DNA of 63,754 nt, filler included, from Polymyxa betae A26-41 (taxonomy: Eukaryota > Protista > Endomyxa: Phytomyxea): the NCBI GenBank assembly GCA_003693705.1. It is 8 parts of 8 records of this genome, joined end to end, with 100 filler letters (N's around TTAATTAATTAA, not from the genome) between each part and the next. Parts side by side here need not be neighbours in the genome. Positions count along the whole stretch, not along the records: positions 1 to 17,995 come from RBZT01000547.1; 7 more parts are not named here. One strand, written 5' to 3'. Positions 1 through 11,478 of the stretch are shown piece by piece (position 1 is the stretch's first letter; every line of letters starts with the position of its first letter). Made by a program: the position numbers and the translations under genes. The notes beneath the pieces are model-generated. The model was not told the DNA's origin. It was given only the letters and a program-made list of their open reading frames with translations, and searched no databases.

Positions 1-1938
1 CAAGGCAAGGAATCTACCTATTCTGCAAGAAGAGGGGAGGCGGTAGCGTTATGGTACGCAATCAAGCGCTGGCGCCAGTACCTCGAAGGCCTGCATTTCA
101 AGGTCGTCTCCGATCACCTTTCGCTCGCTTTCCTGAGAAAACCACAAGACGATGCTAAGTTACAGCGTGTCGTAAACGAGCTGGAACATTTCACCTTCGA
201 CGTCGTCTACAAAGAAGGCCCACGCCATGTTGACGCCGACGCCTTATCTCGTTGCCACCCGGAACCCTGCTGCCGTGACCACTCCGACATCGTAGACGAC
301 GAGCAGCACCTATTCGACGACATCCTTGTCCTGAACCTGAACCCGAACTCGGAGATCCCTACCGAGATTGACTTAAAGCAGCTCACCATGGCGCAAAACG
401 ACGACACGAACCTGCGGAAGGTCCCCAGAGCCCAGTCCGACGAACACGGTCTACTGCGGCGGAGATGTCCCCGATCAGGCCACGTACAGACCCTCATCCC
501 GACACAATTCCGAAATCAGTATATCCAGATGGCACACAGCACACGACCGGGCGCCCATTTTGGACAAAATAGGACCTTACAGCTGCTGTCGAAGTTCGCG
601 TACTGGCCCGGTATGACCTCTGAACGAAAGTTCGTTAACTATTGTTTAAAGTGTCAGAAAGCAAAAATTATCAAACCTGATCGAGCAGGAATGATGATCA
701 CAAGGACTCCAAACTTCTAGCCCGCATGGAGCTACATCCACATCGATCACTTCGGACCCCTTAACCGATCAAGGCGCGGTAACTACAGGTACATTCTGAC
801 CGCCGTCTGCGTCACATCAAGGTCCGTCCGTTTCATCCCGGTGAAAGACAAGGGCGCCCATGAAGCTGCCTCTGTCCTCCTCGACCTATTCACACAGGAG
901 TCATTCCCGCTCCGGATAACCAGCGACCGCGCCCAGTCATTTCGGTCCCACCTTTTCGATGCACTCTCTACGGACATCGGCATGAAGCTAGTGACAACAG
1001 TAGCGCACCGCCCGAAAGGCAACGCCCTCGCGGAACGTCCGCATGCCTTTTTGCGCACCGCACTGACCTCGCTCTGCAATACAGATAAGACCGATAGGAA
1101 CGAGCTCACAGGCCTAATCTCGCTTTCTTACCGTTCTTGCGTCCACCCTGCTCTGGGAGAAACGCCGTTCTTCCTAGAACGCGGCCGAAATCCACGCATG
1201 CCCCAGGAGTTGCTCGTTCCGCCAGCCAAAACGTTGACTGAGCCCTAGGACATCCGAGAATGGCGCGGGAAGATGGTCCAGCGTTTACAACGAGCTCGAG
1301 AACTCGCCGTTGCTGAAGACGCCAAGACGATCCAATACAATGCAGAAAGATACAACGAAGGCCGACACGAAGTGAGATTTCGGCAAGGACAGCTCGTCTT
1401 AATTTACCGAATACCGCCCGAGAGCCAGAATCTCGACCCAACACGCCGCACCCGCAAGCTCACGCCGCACGGTTCCGGCCCGTGGAGGGTACTTGAGCAG
1501 CTCCCGAACAACAATTACCGCCCACAACACATCCGTTCAGGCCAAGAAGACACATTCAACGTGGATACTATGGTCCTTTTGCAAGGTCCCGCTAACGACC
1601 AACCCGGAGATGACATCAGCCGCGACGACCGCGACCGCCACTCCGACGACGAGATCGACTTTGCCGACCCCCACGACAGCGCCTCCGACTCCGGCTCCGA
1701 GTACGACGACAGCGACGACGAGCTCAACGACCTCAACTCGGACGACGACGAAGGTATCAATAACAGAGGTGGCCGCGCACTTCTTCCACCAAGTGCGTCT
1801 CCAAAGTGTCGAGCGCAGCCTATCTCAGCGCAGCCCGCCGGTCGTACCGGCCCACGACTCCTTCGCCCCGTTCCCGACCGCCTCTCCCGAGCTGCCGCCC
1901 GGCGGCCGGAACGAGCGTCATCTTCCGACGGAAACTAA
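1..1938 (+). mobile_element. Ty3/Gypsy pol remnant (RNase H C-terminus and integrase), inactivated
   Basis: One reading frame from base 1: RNase H end (AIKRWRQYLEG...SDH...DADALSR), integrase HHCC (HFG...YWPGM...CLKCQK), core (IHIDHFGP, ITSDR, ALAER) and GPW/GPY-type motif. In-frame TAG stops at 718-720 and 1246-1248. Confidence 0.93.
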
Positions 1939-2095
1939 CCCGACAAAGTCAAGACCCGGAACCAGCTCCCGATCCCGAACTCCAACTACAACCCCCGATT
2001 ATTTTAGAATCGGTTTGTTTTATATAAACACCCGATTTCTTGAGTTAGTCGCCTTTGAGATCGCGCGACAGGTGCAATTTCAGGGTTTAGCTGTG

Positions 2096-3341
2096 ATGAA
2101 ATGTTTCCGGATTTTTTGTATGTTTTTGTAGTCCCAAAGAATTGGACATTTACTCGGTGGCCGGGCCGGCGTTGTTAAAACGTCTTGGAGATATTCATAT
2201 CGCATCGATTGATCAACGATCCGACCACTATACCTGTCAATACATTGACAAACCATCAAGACGGGGTATTCGGGAGGCTGCTCCTGATCTTATTGATATC
2301 GCAGAGTGTCTGTCTGTAAGGTCAGCTACAAACTTCTTTCATTTCAGAAACTCTCCTTTAAATCCGTCAGCGTTGATCCATTCGTGATGTACGGCCAAAG
2401 CCCTCAACAATGTTCTATTAAAAAAGCCTCCATAATTCATTTATTAGAAACAGCATCCGAAACGGGTATTTACCCGGATCATGTCCTTAATATTATGTTC
2501 CGTGAGGCTCTTGGTGCTCTTCTTGCTATTTCCAAAAGTTCTGCTAAGAAAGTCTATCCACTTATTCTTCAGCATCGACTCCTTCAACACGCGGATTTCC
2601 ATATGGACATTATGAAATCGATTTCTTCCTTTAACAATGAGGAACGAGTGTTCTGTCTGGGGCCTTTCATCTGTTTCCTTCGCTTTGGAATGAGAATGAA
2701 AAAACGATCCTGTCGGTGTGCTGCTTAAACATCTGCTGGCGGGTTTACCAACAAATCAACAAGAGATGATTTGGCGAAACTTCAATGAAGAGGAACAGAT
2801 TTTTGAAGAGAACCTCTCAAGATACACCTGTAGCGCTATTTCAAACAACATTTTTCCACTGTCTGACTTTCTTATCAGCTTCCGTTGTAATGTTACAACG
2901 ATTTGAATTTACAGAGAATAACCTCGAAATTTTCGGGGTTTTTTCACACATTTCTTTCCATCATCTATGCTGTTTTTGATTGGATTTTCAAAATCTAAAA
3001 ATTGACAAAAAAACAGTTCTGAAAGATCGAGTTTGGCTGTTGTCTTCGCTGTTTATGGCTGAATGTGTTTTGTTTAGGTAAAAACCTTGCAAGAAGAGAC
3101 TGTTCAATTTGCCTTGAAAAAATGGTTCCATCGAAGTGCGAACCCTTTCAGGTTGGTTTTATCTTTGATCCTTCTGTCTAGAGCGAAAAATTTGCATTTT
3201 AGGATGTCACATAGCACAGTCTCTTCCATCTCGAGTGCGGTCATCAATTCTTGCATCTACGCTGCGCCCAAATCTTAAAAAAACAAGCAGCTTGTTACTT
3301 GCCCCCTGTGCAGAGAAGATATCCCATCTATAGTGATTTAA
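2096..3341 (+). pseudogene. Fragmented gene ending in a RING-type zinc finger (E3 ligase-like)
   Basis: Chain of overlapping + ORFs. Across frameshifts, 3166-3341 reads (*)SFCLE...LECGHQFLHLRC...TCPLCREDIP*, which has RING-H2-like ligand spacing. The start is uncertain. Confidence 0.6.
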
Positions 3342-3770
3342 ATCGATAAAGACCAGTTGCGATTGTAGTTGATTTCTGCAGAATCATTGATGTAGTTCAT
3401 GGCCGCGATATTCCCATGCATCGGGACCTGTGCAGATGCGAGAACCACATCTGCAAGTTTCAATCGAGGGCAATGATGTATACAGCTGTGACGAACGATA
3501 TTTGAATCGTTGGATAGGCGGTAGAATATAGCATTAGCGCGGTGTCGTGATGTGAAATCCTCAAAATCTTCAAATGAAACTTAGGCTGCTGAAAGTAAGA
3601 TCGAAGATATAATGAACCTGAACGATGTCTTCAGAAGTAACATATTCCTTCAAGACAAAAGTGTAACCTCTTTACTCATGGTTCTATTCCTATATGAATC
3701 TCATTCTGAAAATCATACATGATTCAAAGAATGTTGGGCCATTTCTCCGTTCTCGGCTGTTCACAGAGTT

Positions 3771-5088
3771 TTAAAATGAGGGCTGCTGTCCGATAATCAC
3801 AGAACAGTGGTGATCGCTCGCTTCGCTGACTGAAGTTCCCGAACTTCCTGAGCTGACCTGATGAGCTCTGTGCATTGTCTGGCCACTGGTTCGTATCAGC
3901 TCTCCTGTTTCCGTGTCTATCAGATTAGCGGTCAATGAAGAGGTCTCTGTCATTATGATCACCTCCTGCATCATAAGTTGCTCAAGGATACTACAATCTT
4001 AATAAGAAATCCCGTCATAACATCTCTGACAGCGCATTATTAATAAGAAATCCCGTCATAACATCTCTGACAACGCATTACTGTATTAACAAATTTTTCA
4101 ATGACGGCTCTAACTAACTCGAAATGCTGGTAATTTTTTCCAAGTGACGCAACTTTTGTGGATTGATCATTGGAATTGGTCCACAGAAGGACATTTCCGA
4201 TAGTCGGCTTCAGGAGGCCGCATTTGCCACGGACCGCAACTTTCATCAATTAATCTTTCCACCTTGAAAGGGATTAGTCACGGAACGCAAATTTTGTATC
4301 GTCGATTTGACTATCTGAGGCATCTCTGTGAGTCTTCTCTGTTCTCGTCTCTTCACTTGAGTTTTGTTATGAGCGTCGCCGTCCGAGAATCACAACACAT
4401 TGCTGATCGCTCGCTCCGCTTGTTGATGAAGTCGTAATACTTTTCGAACATGCCTGGAGATTCATTCCGAGTCCGTGTAAGTAAGAGCGAAACGAGCTCG
4501 AATGAGGCAGGAGGATGCAGCGCAAGCAAGATCGCGCCAAACTGAGCATCATGAGAGAGCTGGACTGTTCCAGCAAGTTCTCGATCAGGTCCGTGGGAGG
4601 TTGCGAGCCCGTTGTAAGTTTCGAATCGATCATGCTTTTCAGCCACTTCCAGAAACGAGAGAAAACCGATGACGATGATGATGATGGGAGCGATTCTGAT
4701 GGTGGAAGCGGTTGCGAGTAAAGCCGGGTCGCTTCGTCAAGCAGTAGGAGGTCATCTGGTTGCAGGTTGATGGATGATTCGTGCTTAATCTCGGAACTAT
4801 GAGCGAGGTTTAGAATGAAAGTTCGTGGTAGGGTACAGTACGTCCGGACCTGATAATGTTAAATAACTTTTCGACTGGATTGATTTCTTCAGGAGTGTCT
4901 TCGTCGGGCCCGAAAAAGTCAAGATAGTCGCCATCGTCGGCTTCGAGATGGTCCCGATGATCTTCGCCATCTAAGGAAGAGTCCGAACTAGAGAAGACGT
5001 AGTCAGGCTCTTCCTCGAATAGAGATTGGGCAGAGGAACGCGCGATCGCGATGACAAGGACGACGACGACCAAAGCCTTCATGGTCAT
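3771..5088 (-). pseudogene. Decayed secreted protein (signal peptide and acidic N-terminus)
   Basis: MTMKALVVVVLVIAIARSSA-QSLF signal peptide. The reading continues through several frameshifted ORFs; the 3' end is uncertain. Confidence 0.5.
3999..4080. repeat. 41-bp tandem duplication
   Basis: TTAATAAGAAATCCCGTCATAACATCTCTGACA(G/A)CGCATTA twice, with one mismatch. Confidence 0.95.
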
Positions 5089-6610
5089 CACTGATTGAAA
5101 TTGGAATGAGGTCGGCGAAGATTTGCGAACAGTCCGTGACATTGGGGCGGCCGAGGTGGAAGCCCGGAATCCGACTGGGACGGTAGAGTCACGCAGGTCC
5201 GGTCCTCGATTGATCCTGAAAATTAATCCGACTCCGAATCTTTTTGATTAAAAAGTTTTTTTAAATAAAATGATATAAGGAAGGACCCCTTTCAGTAATG
5301 TGTCAAATAATAGTTTGGAGATAGTTTTTGAAATGCCAATTCGGATTGTATTCATGTTTGGGGAGATTAAGAATGGGATTTTTTTCGGGAGGGAAACGTG
5401 GGATGCCTTTTCATACCCAGCTGTATACATCTGAAATCCTCTCCGATTCCTGTCAAAACGGAGACCGAAAACTGGATAGAGGCGTTATAATACCACGATT
5501 CAAAAGCAAATGAAAAAGGGCAAAAAACCAATGAGCTGTTCATCAAATAGAATGTTTCTCCCTATCAGGTGCCAAAATATTTGGTGCCCTTGAAAATATT
5601 GCCTCTAATTCCGCCGCTGTAAAAATCCTCTGGAAAAGTTCGCGTTATAGAAGTTTGATTTTCTGCAAAAATCTATCGATCTACTTATAACGCTGTTGTC
5701 TGGCTAACGGGACATCCAGCCCGAGACTAAAGTCCGAAATGCTTTGTATGGGGAAACTTGAGGATTAAAACCGCCAGTAAGTTCGCAAAATCAGCGCGCA
5801 GAATTTTTGAGAATCGCAAAAATTCGGCAGCGTCGAAGTCCGGCGTTCATTTGCCAGGAAATGGTTGTACCAGCGATTGCGGTCCTGATACTGAACCTAT
5901 CTGAATGCTTGGCTGCATTCACTTCTGGTCCAAGTAATGTTACAGACTATTTAGAAGTGACTCCTGTTACTGTCTCTCTTCTTGACCTGCACGTTACAGA
6001 CACCAGAGTATAGATTTATCGAGACAAGACCCAACTCTTTAATATGCATTATAGGAACCTATTCACCATTATTCTATCGAAGACTATTCGGATCTTCCTG
6101 ATCTCAACAATCTCTTTGATTCCTCATTTGATTTGAGCCTGGATGTAGACTTTACTGTATGAAATCCTTTTATAGCTATGGTGGTATGAAGTTAATGTAT
6201 CTTTCAGATATTCGATAAAAAGAAATGTTACACACTCGACCTGATACTGAAACGTTATCAACACCAACATCTTTATTACATCATACAGATATTGTTCCTG
6301 CTTCACCTCCAATTCAGGAATCTATTAGTGTAATGTTTCCTTATCAAATCTCATGCCTTGAAAATCTCTGAGATATTCATAATCAGAATGATGAACCAGC
6401 TGAAACTATCTCTCGGAAACGTGCTCGTATTGACGAGACATCATCTCCAACCGGCCTTCTGTATTCTTTCAATCATAATGTGACTGATATTTATGATTAT
6501 AACAGTCTCTGCAAGTTTCTGGTGAATTTTATGAGCTTTTTTGACCGTTTGTATATTGACTGTAGATTAGAACAAAGAACCGTGTAATGAGGAATCTCAG
6601 TTTCCGTCTT

Positions 6611-9600
6611 TCACTCCGAAAGTGCGTGGTTGGTGTGAGCGCCTCGACGTCATCGAGCGGGTCGTCGTCGGCGTCCAAGCTCTGTCTCGAGGCCCAGGCG
6701 ACGTAGCGGAGTCGGTCTAACGGTAGGTCGAGAGCGTCGACCATGGCAATGCCTCCCGCCGGCCCCAGCCGATCGGGCCCAGGGGGTCCCCGCAATGACG
6801 CTCGGATTGATCACTCCCTGGGACTATCCCAAGGCAGGTCAGTTTCATTGGCGGTGTCCGGGGCAGGCTGGATCTTGTTCCAGTCCCTGCTAAGTCTCTT
6901 TCTCCGAGAATACTGCATAGCATCTCGATCGAAATTATACAAGTCTTCGGACTCGAATTTACAACCGTCTTCGGACTCGATTATACAACCGTCTTCGGAC
7001 CCTATTATTCAATAGGCATCGGACTCGAATAAACAATAGTCTTCGGACTCGAACTAATTTATCTCATGGATCGACACAAAACATCCCGAATAGCAATATT
7101 CAGCAATTATCTATGCCAGAAAATGTTCACCTCAAAAATCAATGATCGTTTCTACATATTTTGCAACGGATTATACCACAGGAATCAAAACCACTTCTTT
7201 TCGAGAAAACATAAAACCCATCAAAATATCAAAGATAGTGAAATAACGCCAAAACAACACATAGAGAATGAAGTACAGAGACTTGATAGCTCGGAGAAAC
7301 CATTTCATCACCGCACCGAAGAAAAGATAGATCCCGTCGATGATACTCACGAAACCCATACTGAGATCTCGATCCAGGCAACCGAAGATCCAGCCTTGAA
7401 AATCTTACAGTGGAATGCCTGCTCTTTAAACGAAGAGAAAAAAGCACAACTTGAGTTACTAGTATCAAACAGCACATTTGACGTTCTATGCATCTCCGAG
7501 CTTGGAAATTATAGGAAAAATCCAGGGATTTCCTCTCTATGATGATAGCGATACAGACACCCAAAGCGCGATCTTCTGGAGACAAGGACTTAATATCGCA
7601 AAGATAAGGACAGACCTGGATAATAACCACCCACGGGTTCTGACACAATGCTTGAACATAAATAGCGAACTATTATTAGTACACACATACATCGTGCCGG
7701 AGTTGACTCACATTGCCAGAAGCGAATACTGGAAAGATCTTCTTCAGTTCATAGTCGAATGGTGCAACGCGAATCGCACACATAAAGTATTTGTCACAGG
7801 GGATTTGAATACCCGCGATAAAAGATTTGGAGCCAACCACACAGAAAACCACAGATATCTAGACGAAGTACTACTCCATTTACACTTAGTAAACGATAAA
7901 AGGATTCCTACTAGAGAGAATAAACACATTAGATATCACACTAGCCAATAATGAAGCCTATGAAACCATATTAACACATAAGGTGATGCCAATCCTCAAT
8001 AGAGACCACAATCCAACAAAAACCAAGCTACAGTTAGACCGCAATCCGTCTCAAGAAAATGGAAACAACTGCAATAATAAAAACATTATAGAATACACGG
8101 TTCTGGATTTACAGAACACCAGAAAAATTCTTCAAGCAGCCATCCACCAAACAAACCGTAGAACAGTGACTCTAGAACAAATCAATAAAATTCTTAAAAC
8201 ATCAATAGCTTATAAAACAACTCAACACAAACCTTTCTGGACACCTGAACTGAAAAAGGCGGTCAGACTCCAGAATAAAGCTCGCAAAGCAATCAGGAAA
8301 GCCCGTTCACGCCAACAAAACACAGTAGAACCATATCGTATATACCAAAGAGCACGAAAAGAGTTTAGACGACTATTCAAGAAAGCCAAAAATGATTACA
8401 GTATTCAACAAATCAAAAAGCATGCGAAGAGCCAACTGGCGCGGAAATCTATAAATTACTAAAACAGCTAGAACCGCAACTCAATAAAAAACGCAGACAA
8501 AATATCATCCACTATGAACAGGCAAACTCAGAAGCTGAAATTATAGCTCAGAAGTTTGAAGCAATTTTTGGACAAAATGACGTTAAACCCTCAACAGAGG
8601 AACAAAATCAGCTGGACATCGACCTCAAAACAACTAAAACTCGAATTTTAAACGAAGATAATCCCGACTTCACAATGCGAGAATTAGAACAGGCAATCCG
8701 TAGAGCTAACATAAAATCCTCAAAAGGCCCTGATGGAATATCAAATCGACTCATCAAACTAGCATGCGAAGAGAGTGAATTCGCAGAGTTCATTTTGCAA
8801 GCCATAAACAACCAAATTTTTGAGCAAAGAGAATACCCACAAACTCTTAAAGCAGCGCGCATAGTACCACATCCCAAGCCGAAACCAGGGGAATACCGAC
8901 CCATCAGTTTGTTACCAAACATATCCAAATTAGTCGAATACATGATACAAATACGAATGAGAGAAGTCGTAGAGAAGAAACTTTCACGTCAGCAGTTCGG
9001 ATGCAGACCAGGACATTCAACATCGCAAGCATTAATGAGGCTGTTTCATTATTCAGGAATTGCAGCAGGATCTGATAAACAATTCGGAGCAATACTCTAC
9101 GACTTCACGAAAGCATATGACAGAGTACCCAAACACATTTTAGTCAAAAAAATGATCAAATTACGGATCCCAGCATACCTTATCAACATTGTTTACGATT
9201 GGTTGACAGATCGAACTTTTACTGTAACATATCGAGGACATGAAACACAGCCCAGACAACAAGAAAATGGCATTCCACAGGGATCCAGCCTCAGCGTCCT
9301 TTTATGGCTGATCTTTGTATACGACATCCCCTTAAACTAAATGAATTCCAACACATACGTAGATGATACGATTGGCTGGGCCATCAAATCCGAGAAAGAT
9401 CATGTAAAAAGCAGTTTGCAACACCAATTAGCCAAGATGGTCCGTTGGTGCGCCAAAAACAAGATCAAAATCAACGCAGACAAAATTCATGTTATATTCA
9501 ATGAATATCATCCTAAAGACTGCATTAAACTGAACGGTATGAAGATAAAAACCGCGGAATCAATAAAATATCTGGGAGCGGAAATGGTCGCCAACAAAGC

Positions 9601-11478
9601 CAAAAACAATTCAACATTTTTAATACGAACAGACAAAGTCGCTAACAAGATCATTAAAAGATGCAAAATCATCAAGCGAATTCGCCGATACAGAATTCCT
9701 GATAAAGTCTTTCAACAAGCCTGTCATGCTTTCATAGGAGGCATGATTAATTACTATATTCCATGGCTGGGAGGTGAAACAGCCATCAAAACAACTATAA
9801 AGCCTCTTGAGCTCGCATATAAAGAATACATGAGAACATTTCCAGGATGTATGAGATCAACTCCAATCCCTCTACTACACACAATCTCAAGATTTCCCCT
9901 TCTTTTGGATAAATACTCACAGATTCTGCCATCACAGTTATAAAAGCTGAAGCTCAAGGAAGCTTGTTAGGAAAAGACTACCGCGAATGGGACAAACAAG
10001 GGTGCAAAGTCGATGGATGGACGCCTTTTGGACGAGTCAGATACGCTCTGGAACAAACAAGAGCAAAGAATTTCTGCTCTAGAATTCACACACAACAAAT
10101 CATTAAATCGCAGACACTCGAATCGTTGAATAAGTGTAAATTCAATATGCATACACGTGAATCAGCTCTCGAATTGCATCAAAATGGACTCCTAATCCCA
10201 GAAAATACAGATATCGAGATATGGACAGATGGAAGCCTAACCCGACATAGACGCGGAAATGGTGAAGAAGTCATTCTAACCGGAGCAGCTGCGATAGTTC
10301 ACATTTCAAATTGGGAAGACCATGATGAGATCGAGGAACACCCCATCAAAAAAACTTTACAAATAGAAAATGCTGTATCGAGTTATGAAGCTGAAATAAT
10401 AGCCATACAAGCAGGTCTAGATATATTACTTCCACTTAAATTAACAGAACGACAGATTCACCTCTTCACAGACTCACTTTCATGCATACAGCAGTTAGCC
10501 ACGCTCCCTTTCAAATATAAATATACAAACGTAGTGGTGAAAGTTGTCGCGAAACAGTTAGCTGAACTAACAAATCAGAACGAAGTGGAAATACACTTCG
10601 TCCCGTCTCATACAGAAGAACAAATTGCACAAAGTGAGGAAATCGATCAACTGGCAAAAAAGGCCGCCGAATCTGGGGATTGGGATGTAGATCATGACCC
10701 ATTTACATCCTCATACAAGTTAATGTTTAAGAAACGTGAAAGATTCCGACTGCAGAATTATCTGAAAGCGAATGTTAAGCGTAGCAAATTTAATGGCTAC
10801 CCAGATAGAACACTTCTAATAGAAGGCAAAATGCAGATCAACAACGACGATGGGAAGGAGGATACAGTCGTCCCCATTAACAATAATCATGCACTACTAA
10901 ACAGAGTCCGAACAGGTCATACACGGGCTAGAGCACATCTAAAAAATATAGGAATAGAATCTGTAGATACATGCCGACATTGTAACAGACACACAGAAAC
11001 AATCGAACATCAATTAATTCGATGCAAAAAGTATAGAAAACGACTGAAAAAATTCCGAGACAAATACACTGAACTCGACATCAGCAGCTTCAACGAAGCA
11101 CTGTACACACACAGCACATTTATGGCCGACTTCCTCACATACGCTTACCAGAAAGGCTGCTACATATAACGCTTAAGATTGGAAGCTGGGAAACCAGTAG
11201 GGGGGTATCTGAGAGGTATGAGTACATGGGTTCGAGTAACTGTAGGATTGGGCGGGTGCTACTCTACTTCGTCAGTACTCTCCTAGGTCCTACTAATAGG
11301 GCCGATCGACATAGAGATGAACATAAACGGGTGTAATGAAGAACTGCTTCGAAATTGGAAGTAGAAGCACTGATAGATATTATGGCCAGACGCCTGAGTA
11401 CTATCAGCCTTGCGTTTCGGATAGAGCGCCGCCTGTTGACCAAAATCAACGAACTAGAATAATCCAATCCAATCCAAT
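6611..11478 (+). mobile_element. Non-LTR retrotransposon, single APE-RT-RNaseH-CCHC ORF (7066-11169; I-group/Ingi-like architecture), TSD-bounded but frameshifted
   Basis: APE (LKILQWN, LCISE, TGDLN, RDHNP), RT (YRPISLL, QFGCRPG, DFTKAYD, GIPQGS, YVDD), RNase H (WTDGS, EAE, TDS, VPSH), terminal CRHC...H...C. (CCAAT)n tail. 14-bp TSD TCAGTTTC(C/T)GTCTT at 6597-6610 and 11479-11492. About four frameshifts plus a TAA at 9338-9340. Confidence 0.95.
6943..7053 (+). repeat. 24-bp tandem repeat (5 units) in the LINE 5' leader
   Basis: Units start at 6943, 6967, 6991, 7015 and 7039. Core GTCTTCGGAC (unit 4 is degenerate, GGCATCGGAC). Confidence 0.92.

Noticed and set aside
718-720. Stop-codon reassignment (TAR = Gln)
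   Set aside because: Intact host genes contain no internal TAR and end in TAA (GST, ankyrin gene); such stops occur only in decayed elements.
1493-2131. Thr/Ser-rich mucin-like ORF
   Set aside because: Alternative frame of the GAC-rich acidic tail of the Gypsy ORF.
6745-6900. Canonical HDV-like ribozyme (GCC-TCCCGCC-GGC; stem followed by CTAA)
   Set aside because: P1, P1.1, P2 and P3 could not all be assigned in the required order.
6943-7053. CRISPR-like array
   Set aside because: The linkers are about 14 nt and similar to each other, there are no cas genes, and the context is a eukaryotic LINE.
7340-7542. 2A-like peptide before the APE domain
   Set aside because: No DxExNPGP; the NPG present arises from a frameshift.
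11219-11280. Hammerhead ribozyme on the minus strand (CTGACGA...GAA)
   Set aside because: GAAC instead of GAAA, no stem III, and no NUH cleavage triplet.
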